Shown: positions 17,446 to 26,237 of the stretch, piece after piece
How the letters are laid out: each line of letters begins with the position of its first letter
Position numbering within the stretch: the stretch's first letter is position 1
DNA from: Alphaproteobacteria bacterium
GTDB taxonomy: Bacteria > Pseudomonadota > Alphaproteobacteria > UBA8366
Assembly (NCBI GenBank): GCA_965228975.1
Contig: OZ245851.1
Span: 53,940 to 117,939, forward strand
Direction of reading: 5' to 3'
DNA length: 64,000 nt
The notes under the pieces: generated by a model
Database searches by the model: none
What the model saw: only the letters and a program-made list of their open reading frames with translations
What the model was told of the DNA's origin: nothing
Translations under genes and position numbers: made by a program

Positions 17446-18759
17446 ATGACTGAACCCGTCCCCACGTCCCGCTTGATCGACATGATGACAAGCGCGCGGC
17501 GTCGCACGTTGGAAATGGTCCAAGGGTTGACCCCCGACCAGCTCGTTGGCCCCAAGCTGCCGACGTTGAATCCGTTGATTTGGGAAATCGGTCATGTCGG
17601 CTGGTTCTATGAAAACTTCATCCTGCGCCGATTGTACAATCAAGAACCGATGCTCGCGACAGGAGATGCACTTTATGACTCCATCGCGATCGCGCATGAA
17701 ACGCGGTGGGATTTGCCGGTCCTGCCGCTGAACGAAATCCTCGCCTACATGCAGGATGTGCAGGATGCGTTGGTCGACCGTCTCGGCGGCAAGGAGATGG
17801 CGGACGAACGGCACAGCTATCTGTACCAGTTCACAGTCTTTCACGAAGACATGCACACAGAGGCTTTTACCTGGGCGCGGCAGACATTGGCATACCCGAC
17901 GCCGGTCTTCGAGGGCGGTCCGGTTGGTCGGCGGGCACCGGAGACCGGGCCGCTGTCCGGCGACGTGGTGATCATGGGCGGTACGTACCGGATGGGCGCT
18001 GAAAAAAATGCACCCTTTCTATTCGACAATGAAAAATGGGCGCGCCCGGTGACCGTTGCGCCGTTCAAGATGGCGCGGGCGGCGGTCACGAATGGCGAAT
18101 TCGCCGAATTCGTCGCGGACGGCGGATATCAGACGGAATCGCATTGGGACGCGGACGGCTGGGCCTGGCGGCAAGAAGCCGCTGCCGAACACCCGGTCTA
18201 TTGGGTTCCGGACGAGAATGGCGGGTGGGGCGTCCGGCGGTTCGATCGCGTGTTCGAACTGCCGCTCCATCAGCCGGTCATCCACGTCTGCTGGCACGAG
18301 GCCAACGCCTACTGCCGTTGGGCCGGCCGGCGATTGCCGACCGAGGCGGAATGGGAGTTGGCGGCGACGACGGTACCGGAAACGACCGACGGCGTTTTGC
18401 AGAAGCGCCGGTACCCTTGGGGCGACGAGGAGCCGACGCCGGACCACGCAAACCTCGACGGCTTTGCATTGGGTTGTGTCGATGTCGCGGCGCATCCGGC
18501 GGGTGACAGCGCCTATGGTTGCCGGCAGATGATCGGCAATGTCTGGGAGTGGACGCAGGACGTCTTCAAGCCGTTTCCCGGGTTCGCGCCGGACGACTAC
18601 AAGGAATACTCGCAGCCGCTGTTCGATTCGACGCGCGTGCTACGGGGCGGCGCGTGGACCACGCGGGGGCGAATGATCACGTCGCTGTACCGCAATTATT
18701 TCGGTCCGGACCGGCGCGATGTGTTCGCCGGGTTCCGGACCTGTGCCTTGTCCGCCTAA
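17446..18759 (+). CDS. senA: SenA-like C-Se bond-forming non-heme iron enzyme (DinB_2 + FGE-sulfatase fold, EgtB/OvoA superfamily)
   Basis: NPLIWEIGHVGWFYENF and FHEDMHTEAF supply the DinB-type His ligands. The FGE-sulfatase-like C-terminal half contains GGTYRMG, HVCWHEANAYCRWAGRRLPTEAEWE and RVLRGGAW. Adjacent to the SenB-like and SelD genes. Confidence 0.75.
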   Translation: MTEPVPTSRLIDMMTSARRRTLEMVQGLTPDQLVGPKLPTLNPLIWEIGHVGWFYENFILRRLYNQEPMLATGDALYDSIAIAHETRWDLPVLPLNEILAYMQDVQDALVDRLGGKEMADERHSYLYQFTVFHEDMHTEAFTWARQTLAYPTPVFEGGPVGRRAPETGPLSGDVVIMGGTYRMGAEKNAPFLFDNEKWARPVTVAPFKMARAAVTNGEFAEFVADGGYQTESHWDADGWAWRQEAAAEHPVYWVPDENGGWGVRRFDRVFELPLHQPVIHVCWHEANAYCRWAGRRLPTEAEWELAATTVPETTDGVLQKRRYPWGDEEPTPDHANLDGFALGCVDVAAHPAGDSAYGCRQMIGNVWEWTQDVFKPFPGFAPDDYKEYSQPLFDSTRVLRGGAWTTRGRMITSLYRNYFGPDRRDVFAGFRTCALSA

Positions 18760-20921
18760 CCCGCGTCGCGTTTCACGATCAGGGCGTCGACGATCGACAC
18801 GCCTTCGCCGGCCGGGTGGACGAGCACCGGATTCAGGTCGATCTCCGCGATGATGTCCGCGTGATCGGCGGCGAGTTGCGAAAGTTTCACGATCAGGTCG
18901 AGCAGTGCGTCGAGGTCGGCGGGGGCGCCGCCGCGCACCCCATCCAGGATCTTCCGGCCTTTCAGCCGGTCCAATACCTGTGCCGCCGCGTCGGTGGTCA
19001 ACGGCACCGGAGAGAAGGCGACGTCGCGCAGCACTTCGACATGGATGCCGCCGAGCCCGACCATCAGCATCGGGCCGAAGGCGTCATCACGATTGATCCC
19101 GAGGATGATTTCCTGACCGCGCTTCGCCATCGGCTGTACCAGCACACCGTGAATGTCCGGATTGCCGCTACCGGTTTTCTTGTGATAGGCGGTGGCGTTC
19201 TTGGTAAGGGTTGAGAAAGCTTCTTGGACGGTCGCCGCATCGTCCAAGCCGAGCGCGACCGCACCGGCATCGGTTTTGTGCAATACGTCCGGCGATTGGA
19301 CCTTGAGGGCGACCGGACCGCCGATTTCGTCGAGCGCTTCCAGGGCTTCGTCCGGCGTTTTCGCCAAACGGCCGTCCGGCACGGAAATGCCGTAGGCGGC
19401 GAGAACGGGCATGGCCTGATACTCGCACAGGACGGGACCTGCATCGGCAAGCAGGGGAACGGCCGTTTCCTTGATCTTTGCAGACGTGGTCGTGATCTCC
19501 GGCGTCTTCAGGAATCGGTCGCGGAACGCACGGTAATCGGCCATCGTCGCCATCGTGCGGGCGCAGTTCCGCATGTTGGTGTAGAGCGGGTAGCCCGCGC
19601 GGTTCAGCAGCTCCATCGCCGTGCCGCGGTTCAGTGTGTAGCTGCAGAACAGGATCGGCTTCTCGCACTCTTCGGCGACCTTTCGCAGGTTTTCCTCTTC
19701 CCGCTCGTAGCCGGCGGCGTTGCGAGCCGACGTCACCACGATCACCGAATCCACTTCAGGGGATTGCGCGACCATTCCCGCGAAGTTGCCGTAGCCGACC
19801 ACGCGGATTGCCTGTGCGGTGCCGTCCACCGGATTCTGCGACGTGCCGTAGGGCGGCAGGTATTCGTCGATGACCGCGCGGGTTGCGGCGTCCAACGGCG
19901 GCACCACGAGGCCGGCCGCTTCGCAGCTGTCGGCCATCCATCCGCCGCCGCCGCCCGATCCGGTGGCGATTCCGACCCGCTTGCCCAGCGGCAGTTTGTT
20001 GCGGTAGCGCGAGAACCCGGCGGCGACGTCGACGATATCCTCGATATCGTAGCCTTCGATCACGCCGTACCGGTCGAACATCGCCTTATAGGCCGTGTAG
20101 GCGCCGGTCATGGCCGCCGTGTGCGAGGCGGCGGCGCGTTGCCCGGCTTCCGACCGGCCGATCTTGGTCAGGATGATCGGCTTACCGGCGCGCAGCGCCT
20201 TCTCGGCGATGGGGGCGAAGCGTTCCGGATTCTTGATGTCCTCCATGAACATCAGGATCACCTCGGTCTTGCCGTCGTCGAGCATGTAGTCGACGAAATC
20301 CAGTCCCGAGAGGCAGGCTTCGTTGCCGGTGGTCATCACGTAGCTGAACGGCAATTCCTTCGGCCGGCCCCGGTCGTAAAAGGAGAAACCGATGCCGCCG
20401 CTTTGCGCCGTAACGCCGATATATCCGTCGGACCGGTGCGGCGGCACGAGCGGCAGGTCGGGATTATCCACCGTCGCGCTGAACGTGGCGCAGAGCGGGG
20501 CCAGCATGTTGGCGAAGCCTTCGGAATTGGGGCCGCCGACCGCGAGGTCGTATTTCTCGGCGATTGCCCGAATTTCGTCCTGCAGAACGTCGCCCGCTTC
20601 GCCGGCTTCTTCCGCGAACCCGGAACTGATGATCATTGCGGCGCGCACGCCGGCTTCGCCGCAGTCGGTCAATGCCTCCGCGACATTCTCCGCCGGGATC
20701 ACAAGCACCGCGAGATCGACGCGTTCGGGGATGTCGGCGATCGTCCGGTAGGCCTTCAGGCCGTTGATCTCGTCGTTGCTGCGGCTGACGGGATAAATAT
20801 TGCCGGGGAATTCGTGACAGCCGAGGACATGCATGATGCGGCCGCGAATGATGTGCGCGTTCGGCGAGGCGCCGATGACCGCTACGGATTTCGGGGACAG
20901 AAGCGCGGAGATGTCGGGCAT
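18756..20921 (-). CDS. ADP-forming acyl-CoA synthetase (acetate--CoA ligase family); order is CoA-binding then ATP-grasp
   Basis: N-terminal SVAVIGASPN CoA-binding Rossmann fold. C-terminal ATP-grasp (GPVALKVQSPDVLHKTDAGAVALGL). Start at ATG 20921. Confidence 0.85.
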   Translation of the reverse strand: MPDISALLSPKSVAVIGASPNAHIIRGRIMHVLGCHEFPGNIYPVSRSNDEINGLKAYRTIADIPERVDLAVLVIPAENVAEALTDCGEAGVRAAMIISSGFAEEAGEAGDVLQDEIRAIAEKYDLAVGGPNSEGFANMLAPLCATFSATVDNPDLPLVPPHRSDGYIGVTAQSGGIGFSFYDRGRPKELPFSYVMTTGNEACLSGLDFVDYMLDDGKTEVILMFMEDIKNPERFAPIAEKALRAGKPIILTKIGRSEAGQRAAASHTAAMTGAYTAYKAMFDRYGVIEGYDIEDIVDVAAGFSRYRNKLPLGKRVGIATGSGGGGGWMADSCEAAGLVVPPLDAATRAVIDEYLPPYGTSQNPVDGTAQAIRVVGYGNFAGMVAQSPEVDSVIVVTSARNAAGYEREEENLRKVAEECEKPILFCSYTLNRGTAMELLNRAGYPLYTNMRNCARTMATMADYRAFRDRFLKTPEITTTSAKIKETAVPLLADAGPVLCEYQAMPVLAAYGISVPDGRLAKTPDEALEALDEIGGPVALKVQSPDVLHKTDAGAVALGLDDAATVQEAFSTLTKNATAYHKKTGSGNPDIHGVLVQPMAKRGQEIILGINRDDAFGPMLMVGLGGIHVEVLRDVAFSPVPLTTDAAAQVLDRLKGRKILDGVRGGAPADLDALLDLIVKLSQLAADHADIIAEIDLNPVLVHPAGEGVSIVDALIVKRDAG

Positions 20922-20982
20922 GATGTCGGGTGTCCTGTCTGGACCTCTTGTTGTTCGGACGATAGCGGCCGGTGCTAGTGAA

Positions 20983-22143
20983 TCAGCGCAGCCCCAGGCC
21001 ACGGGCGATGATGCCGCGCAGGATTTCCCGCGTGCCGCCCTGTATGGTGAGTTTGGGTGCGATCAGTGTCGCGAAGCGCATCAGCTCGTCGAAATCAGCA
21101 CGGTTGCTGGGATCGGATTGTGCAAATGCCGACAGCTCGCGTGCCTTCGCCGGCAGCGTTTGTTCCCAGTTCGTGCCGAGATCCTTGACAACCGACCCTT
21201 CGAGCACCGGCTCCTTCCCCGCCGCGAGCATGCCGTTCACCGAAATCGACATGCGGCGCAATGTATGAAGCTGCGCGACCAGGCGGCCGATGCCTTCGGC
21301 CCCGCGCACGTCCGGTTCCTTTCCGAGCACGTTGACCAGTTCCGGCAGGATGTAAATCGTCTCGAGGAATCGTTCCGGCCCGCTCCGTTCGTAGGCGAGT
21401 TCGCTGGTCGCCTGTTTCCAGGCGGAGTCGATCTCCCCCAGAACCGCGTTTTCCGGCAGTATCGCATCCTCGAAGATGACTTCGTTGAATTCGTGGTTGC
21501 CGGTCAAGTGCAGGAGCGGACGCACCGTGATGCCCGGCGTGCTCATATCCACCAGGAACTGCGTCAGGCCGTGCCGGCGGTTGTCCTCGGTCGCCGGCGA
21601 TGTGCGGAACAGGCCGATCATGTAGTGCGAGCGATGCGCGTTGCTGGTCCAGACCTTGCGGCCGTTGATGCGCCAGCCGTCGGCGGTCTTCTCCGCCTTC
21701 GTCTTGGCGGCGAACAGGTCGGAGCCGGAATCCGGCTCGCTCATGCCGATGCAGAAATAGCATTCGCCGCGGGTGATGCGCGGCACGATGTCCTGCTTGA
21801 CCTCTTCCGGCGCGTATTTCAGCAGCATCGGGCCGCTTTGCCGGTCGGCGGTGAAATGCGCCCGGGTCGGCGCGCCGGCGACCCGGAATTCTTCGGTCAC
21901 CACGTAGCGTTCCAGGAAGCTGCGCTCGTGGCCGCCATACTCCTTGGGCCACGTCAGGCCGATCCATCCGCGTTCGCCGACTTTCCGGCTGAATTCGGGA
22001 TTGAATCCTTTGCCGAGATGCGCGGTTTGCGGATCGAAGGTGCCGGCGGCGATTTCATCCTTGAGAAAGGCGCGGACTTCCTTGCGAAGCGCCTCGGCTT
22101 CGGGCGGGAGGCGGATCGGGTCGAATTCGATTGTGCTCGACAT
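20983..22143 (-). CDS. acyl-CoA dehydrogenase
   Basis: ACAD pattern (GWIGLTWPKEYGG, CIGMSEPDSGSDL, GGTREILRGIIAR). Start at ATG 22143 (MSSTIEFDP). Confidence 0.9.
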   Translation of the reverse strand: MSSTIEFDPIRLPPEAEALRKEVRAFLKDEIAAGTFDPQTAHLGKGFNPEFSRKVGERGWIGLTWPKEYGGHERSFLERYVVTEEFRVAGAPTRAHFTADRQSGPMLLKYAPEEVKQDIVPRITRGECYFCIGMSEPDSGSDLFAAKTKAEKTADGWRINGRKVWTSNAHRSHYMIGLFRTSPATEDNRRHGLTQFLVDMSTPGITVRPLLHLTGNHEFNEVIFEDAILPENAVLGEIDSAWKQATSELAYERSGPERFLETIYILPELVNVLGKEPDVRGAEGIGRLVAQLHTLRRMSISVNGMLAAGKEPVLEGSVVKDLGTNWEQTLPAKARELSAFAQSDPSNRADFDELMRFATLIAPKLTIQGGTREILRGIIARGLGLR

Positions 22144-22319
22144 GGCGGCGCGCGTCTCCGTTGGCTCGATCGGCCCGGCGTCATTTGCAGGCATGGCGCC
22201 GAAGGCGGTAAGTGTAGATCAAGAAAGTGTCGATCCGCTGCTCGCGGGATCGCCTCGAATAATATCCGTAGCCCGGCAGTTTTGTCACATTGGCCGTGAT
22301 TCCAAAGGACTAGGAACAT

Positions 22320-23384
22320 ATGAGCGATACGGACACCATCATCGTCGACACCACGACGAAGATCTTCCAGGACCTGTGTGATCCGCAGACCGTGAACAAC
22401 GCGGAAGACGAGTCCTGGCGCCAGCCGCTCTGGACGGCGCTGCAGGAGTCGGGGCTGACGCTGACCTGGGTGCCGGACACGCTGGGCGGCGCCGGCGCGG
22501 AATTGCAAGACGGGTTCGATGTCCTTCGCGTCGCCGGATCTTACGCGGTGCCGGTCCCCTTGGCGGAAACGTTGCTGGCCGGATGGCTGTTGTCGCGGGC
22601 CGGTCTCGAATCGCCGATGGAGGCGATGACCATAGCGCCGGTTCGCAAGGGCGACGAACTGACGATCGCGAATGACGGTACGCTGTCGGGGACGGCGCAT
22701 CAGGTGCCTTTCGCCCGCGACGCGGCGCATGTCGCCGTCGTCGCGCGGCAAGGCGATGCGGTCAAGGTCGCGCTGGTCGAACGGGCGCAGGGGACCGTCA
22801 CGGAAGGGCGCAGTCTCGCGGACGAGCCGAAGGACGACATCACCTTCGACGGCGCGACGCCCGCCGCGGTCACCGACGCGCCGAACGGTTTCGACGAAGA
22901 TGCGTTGTTCCTGATGGGTGCGGCGGTGCGGTCGATGCAGATGGCCGGGGCGTTGCAGGCGATCCTCGATGTGTCGGTGGAGTATTCCAAGGACCGGACC
23001 GCATTCGGGCGGGCGATCTCCAAATTTCAGGCGGTACAGCACAACCTTGCCCGGCTCGCCGGCGAGGTCTCGGCCGCGGTCGCCGTTTCCGCGTCGGCCG
23101 CGGATGCGATCCGACGCAGTGACGGGTTCGATGAGCATGTGGTGCTTGAGGTGGCATCCGCGAAGATTCGCGTCGGGGAAGCGGCCGGAGAGGGCGCGGC
23201 CATCGGCCATCAGGTGCATGGCGCGATCGGCTTCACGATCGAACATATTCTGCACCGCTATTCGCGCCGGCTGTGGTCGTGGCGCGACGACTTCGGCAGC
23301 GAAAGCGAATGGGCCGTCCGTCTCGGCACGATGATCGCGGCCAAAGGCGGCGACGAGTTGTGGCCGACGCTGACGGCGGGCTAA
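22320..23384 (+). CDS. acyl-CoA dehydrogenase family protein (shorter paralog)
   Basis: 354 aa. The C-terminal ACAD helical domain is recognisable (VEYSKDRTAFGRAISKFQAVQHNLA). Divergent from the ACAD at 20983-22143. Confidence 0.75.
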   Translation: MSDTDTIIVDTTTKIFQDLCDPQTVNNAEDESWRQPLWTALQESGLTLTWVPDTLGGAGAELQDGFDVLRVAGSYAVPVPLAETLLAGWLLSRAGLESPMEAMTIAPVRKGDELTIANDGTLSGTAHQVPFARDAAHVAVVARQGDAVKVALVERAQGTVTEGRSLADEPKDDITFDGATPAAVTDAPNGFDEDALFLMGAAVRSMQMAGALQAILDVSVEYSKDRTAFGRAISKFQAVQHNLARLAGEVSAAVAVSASAADAIRRSDGFDEHVVLEVASAKIRVGEAAGEGAAIGHQVHGAIGFTIEHILHRYSRRLWSWRDDFGSESEWAVRLGTMIAAKGGDELWPTLTAG

Positions 23385-23694
23385 CCGACAGGGCCTTCCC
23401 CCCGGTCAATCAAGATTGAAATATTTAAATGCGTGTTCGAAGAGCGTGGCCTTGCGCACCTCTTTGCTGCCGGCCCGGCCCGATGGGATGGCTGTGACGG
23501 CGGCAAGCCGTCGGACAGGAAATTCCCAATTCGGTACGCGTTGATAGAACCTTGCGCCTCGGTGCGTAATGCTTTGAAATGCATTCGCGGTCGAAAAGGT
23601 TCCGCATGGGGGCTGGACGCATCGTCCGAAAACAACAAACACGGCGATGCCCTTAAATTTATCTGAGACAAATCTCGGACAGGGAGATCAAGTC

Positions 23695-25242
23695 ATGAAA
23701 TCAAGAACTCTTCGGCGTATGGCCATGGGAATGGCGGGTGCTGCCGTGTTGGCGCTTGCCGGATCGCCGGCCATCGCGGGCAAGGCGGACGATTCGTTGG
23801 TCTGGGCAACCGACCGCGAGGTCAACGTACCGCTGCCCTTCTACGAGAACGTGCGTGAGATGGTCGTGATGTCGCGGCTGGTATGGGACACTCTTCTGTA
23901 TCGCGACCCCAAGACCTTCGAATACAAACCGCAGCTGGCGACGGATTATAAGTGGGTCGACAACCTCACCATCGAGATGAACCTGCGCAAGGGCGTAAAA
24001 TTCCACAATGGACAGGACTTCAGCGCGGATGACGTTGTCGAGACGTTCAACCATGTATCCGGACCGGACAGCGGTGTCCTGACGCGGCGTAACGTGAGCT
24101 GGATCAAGAATGCCGAGAAGCTCGGCGACTACAAGGTCCGCATCAATCTGGCGAAGCCGTTCCCGGCCGCTCTCGAATTCCTGTCGGGACCGATGGCGAT
24201 CATGCCGAAAGGAATCTGGGCCAAGGCCAAGACCGACGCCAAGGGGAAGAAGGATTACGGCACCGTCCCGCCGATCGGCACCGGCCCGTACAAGATCACG
24301 AAGGTGGTGACCGGCGAGCGGATCGAGATGGAGATCAACAAGGGCTATTGGGACGGCCCGAAGGGTAAGCCGTCGATCGGCAAAGTGGTGTTCCGCACCG
24401 TTCCCGACCCGGAAACGCAAGTCGCCGAATTGTTGACCGGATCGCTCGACTGGATCTGGGACGTGGCGAAGGACAAGGCCGAGGACCTGGGTAAGACCGG
24501 TCAGGTCACGGTGAAGAACGTGCCGACGATGCGTGTCAGCTACATCACCATGGACCGCGCCGGCCGGTCGGCCAAGGACAGCCCGTTCACCAAGCTCAAG
24601 GTCCGTCAGGCGGTGGCGCATTCCATCGACCGCGCGGCCATTGCGAAGAATCTGGTCGGCGGTGCCTCGAGTGTCATCCATTCGGCATGCTTCCCGACGC
24701 AGTTCGGCTGCACCCAGGATGTGCCGCAGTACAAGTACGATCCGGCGAAGGCCAAGAAGCTGCTGGCCGAAGCGGGTTATCCGAATGGGTTCACCTCGGA
24801 TATCTTCGCCTATCGTCAGCGCGAGTACACCGAGGCGGTGATGGGTTACCTCGCCAAGGTCGGCATCAAGACGAACCTGAAATACATGCAGTACAAGGCG
24901 CTGCGCGGGATCGTCTGGGAAGGGAAAGCCCCGTTCCATCAAATGACCTGGGGCTCCTATTCGATGAATGACGTGTCGGCGATCACCAGCCATTTCTTCA
25001 AGCACTCCCGGGATGACTACTGCCGCGATCCCGATGTGAAAACGTGGCTGGAAACCGGCGATACGAGCACCGATCCGGAAGTGCGTAAGGACGCCTATAA
25101 GAAGGCGCTGAGCCGCATTCAGGAAAACCTGTGCTGGTTGCCGATGTTCACCTACGCGAAATACTACGCGTGGTCGAAGGACCTGGATTTCACCCCGACG
25201 CCGGATGAGATCCCCCGTTTCTTCACCGCGAAGTGGAAATAG
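23695..25242 (+). CDS. ABC transporter substrate-binding protein, family 5 (peptide/nickel, DppA/OppA-like)
   Basis: Signal peptide MKSRTLRRMAMGMAGAAVLALAGSPAIAG. Family-5 SBP pattern (GVKFHNGQDFSADDV, GTGPYKI). AGGGAGA RBS before ATG 23695. Confidence 0.9.
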   Translation: MKSRTLRRMAMGMAGAAVLALAGSPAIAGKADDSLVWATDREVNVPLPFYENVREMVVMSRLVWDTLLYRDPKTFEYKPQLATDYKWVDNLTIEMNLRKGVKFHNGQDFSADDVVETFNHVSGPDSGVLTRRNVSWIKNAEKLGDYKVRINLAKPFPAALEFLSGPMAIMPKGIWAKAKTDAKGKKDYGTVPPIGTGPYKITKVVTGERIEMEINKGYWDGPKGKPSIGKVVFRTVPDPETQVAELLTGSLDWIWDVAKDKAEDLGKTGQVTVKNVPTMRVSYITMDRAGRSAKDSPFTKLKVRQAVAHSIDRAAIAKNLVGGASSVIHSACFPTQFGCTQDVPQYKYDPAKAKKLLAEAGYPNGFTSDIFAYRQREYTEAVMGYLAKVGIKTNLKYMQYKALRGIVWEGKAPFHQMTWGSYSMNDVSAITSHFFKHSRDDYCRDPDVKTWLETGDTSTDPEVRKDAYKKALSRIQENLCWLPMFTYAKYYAWSKDLDFTPTPDEIPRFFTAKWK

Positions 25243-25301
25243 CCTAGGCAACAGGGGCGCGGCTCGATCGAAGCCGCGCCCTCTACCTTTGTGCGGCGGA
25301 T

Positions 25302-26222
25302 ATGCTGATTTACTCCTTGAAGCGGTTGGGCATCGCGGTGCTCGTGGCGATCGCGGTATCGCTGATCACGTTCTCCCTGTTGCGCCTGTCGGGCGATCCG
25401 GCGGCCGCGTTGGCCGGTGAGTCGGCAACCCAGGAAGATATCGAATACGTTCGAAAGCAATACGGTCTCGACCGGTCGCTGCCGGTTCAGTATCTCGATT
25501 GGGCCGGGAAGGCGCTGCAGGGTGATCTCGGTGTTTCGATCTACCTCAAGCAGCCCGTGGTCGAGGTCATCAAGGAACGCGCGCCGGTCACCATGAAACT
25601 GGGAGCCATCGCGTTGACATTCGCGCTTCTGTTGTCAGTGCCCCTCGGGGTCCTGGCGGCGATGCGGCCGAACACCATCATCGACCGGGCCGCCCTGACG
25701 CTCGCCGTGATGGGACAGGCGCTGCCCAGTTTCTTCTTTGCGCTGATCATGATCGTGATCTTCGGAATCCAGCTACGCTGGCTGCCGATCACGGGTAATG
25801 CATCCTGGCAGAATTTCATCATGCCGGCGATTGCGCTGGGGTATTACGCGACCCCGGCGATCATGCGGTTGACGCGCGCCGGTATGATGGACGTGCTCGC
25901 CTCCGACTATGTGCGGACTGCACGTGCCAAGGGCTTGCGGCCCAAGGTCGTGTTGTTCAAGCACGCGCTGCGGAACGCGGTGATACCCGTGGTGTCCGTC
26001 TCGGCGGTGCAACTCGGGTTCATGTTGGGCGGCTCGGTCGTGATCGAGACGATCTTCGCGATCAACGGGTTGGGCCGTTTCGCGTGGCAATCGATCCAAC
26101 GGTCGGATTTCCAGGCGATGCAGGCGATCGTCCTGACGCTGGCGATCTTCTATGTCCTGGTCACCTATTTTGCGGATTTGCTGAACGCGTTTCTCGATCC
26201 GCGCATCCGCGTGACGGGTTGA
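25302..26222 (+). CDS. ABC transporter permease (DppB-like)
   Basis: 306 aa. N-terminal MLIYSLKRLGIAVLVAI and an ...YVRTARAKGL motif, both typical of DppB/OppB permeases. Confidence 0.9.
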   Translation: MLIYSLKRLGIAVLVAIAVSLITFSLLRLSGDPAAALAGESATQEDIEYVRKQYGLDRSLPVQYLDWAGKALQGDLGVSIYLKQPVVEVIKERAPVTMKLGAIALTFALLLSVPLGVLAAMRPNTIIDRAALTLAVMGQALPSFFFALIMIVIFGIQLRWLPITGNASWQNFIMPAIALGYYATPAIMRLTRAGMMDVLASDYVRTARAKGLRPKVVLFKHALRNAVIPVVSVSAVQLGFMLGGSVVIETIFAINGLGRFAWQSIQRSDFQAMQAIVLTLAIFYVLVTYFADLLNAFLDPRIRVTG

Positions 26223-26237
26223 GGAGGGATCGGACCA

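Noticed and set aside
19224-23255. Series of long ORFs (19224-20978 +, 20833-22299 +, 21954-23255 -, 21095-21967 -).
   Set aside because: All lie opposite or out of frame to the acyl-CoA synthetase and acyl-CoA dehydrogenase genes, whose translations carry clear family motifs. The alternatives are Arg/Gly/Pro-rich and have no motifs.
23701-25251. 516-aa minus-strand ORF.
   Set aside because: It is the mirror image of the family-5 substrate-binding protein gene. It has no signal peptide, no domain and a biased composition.
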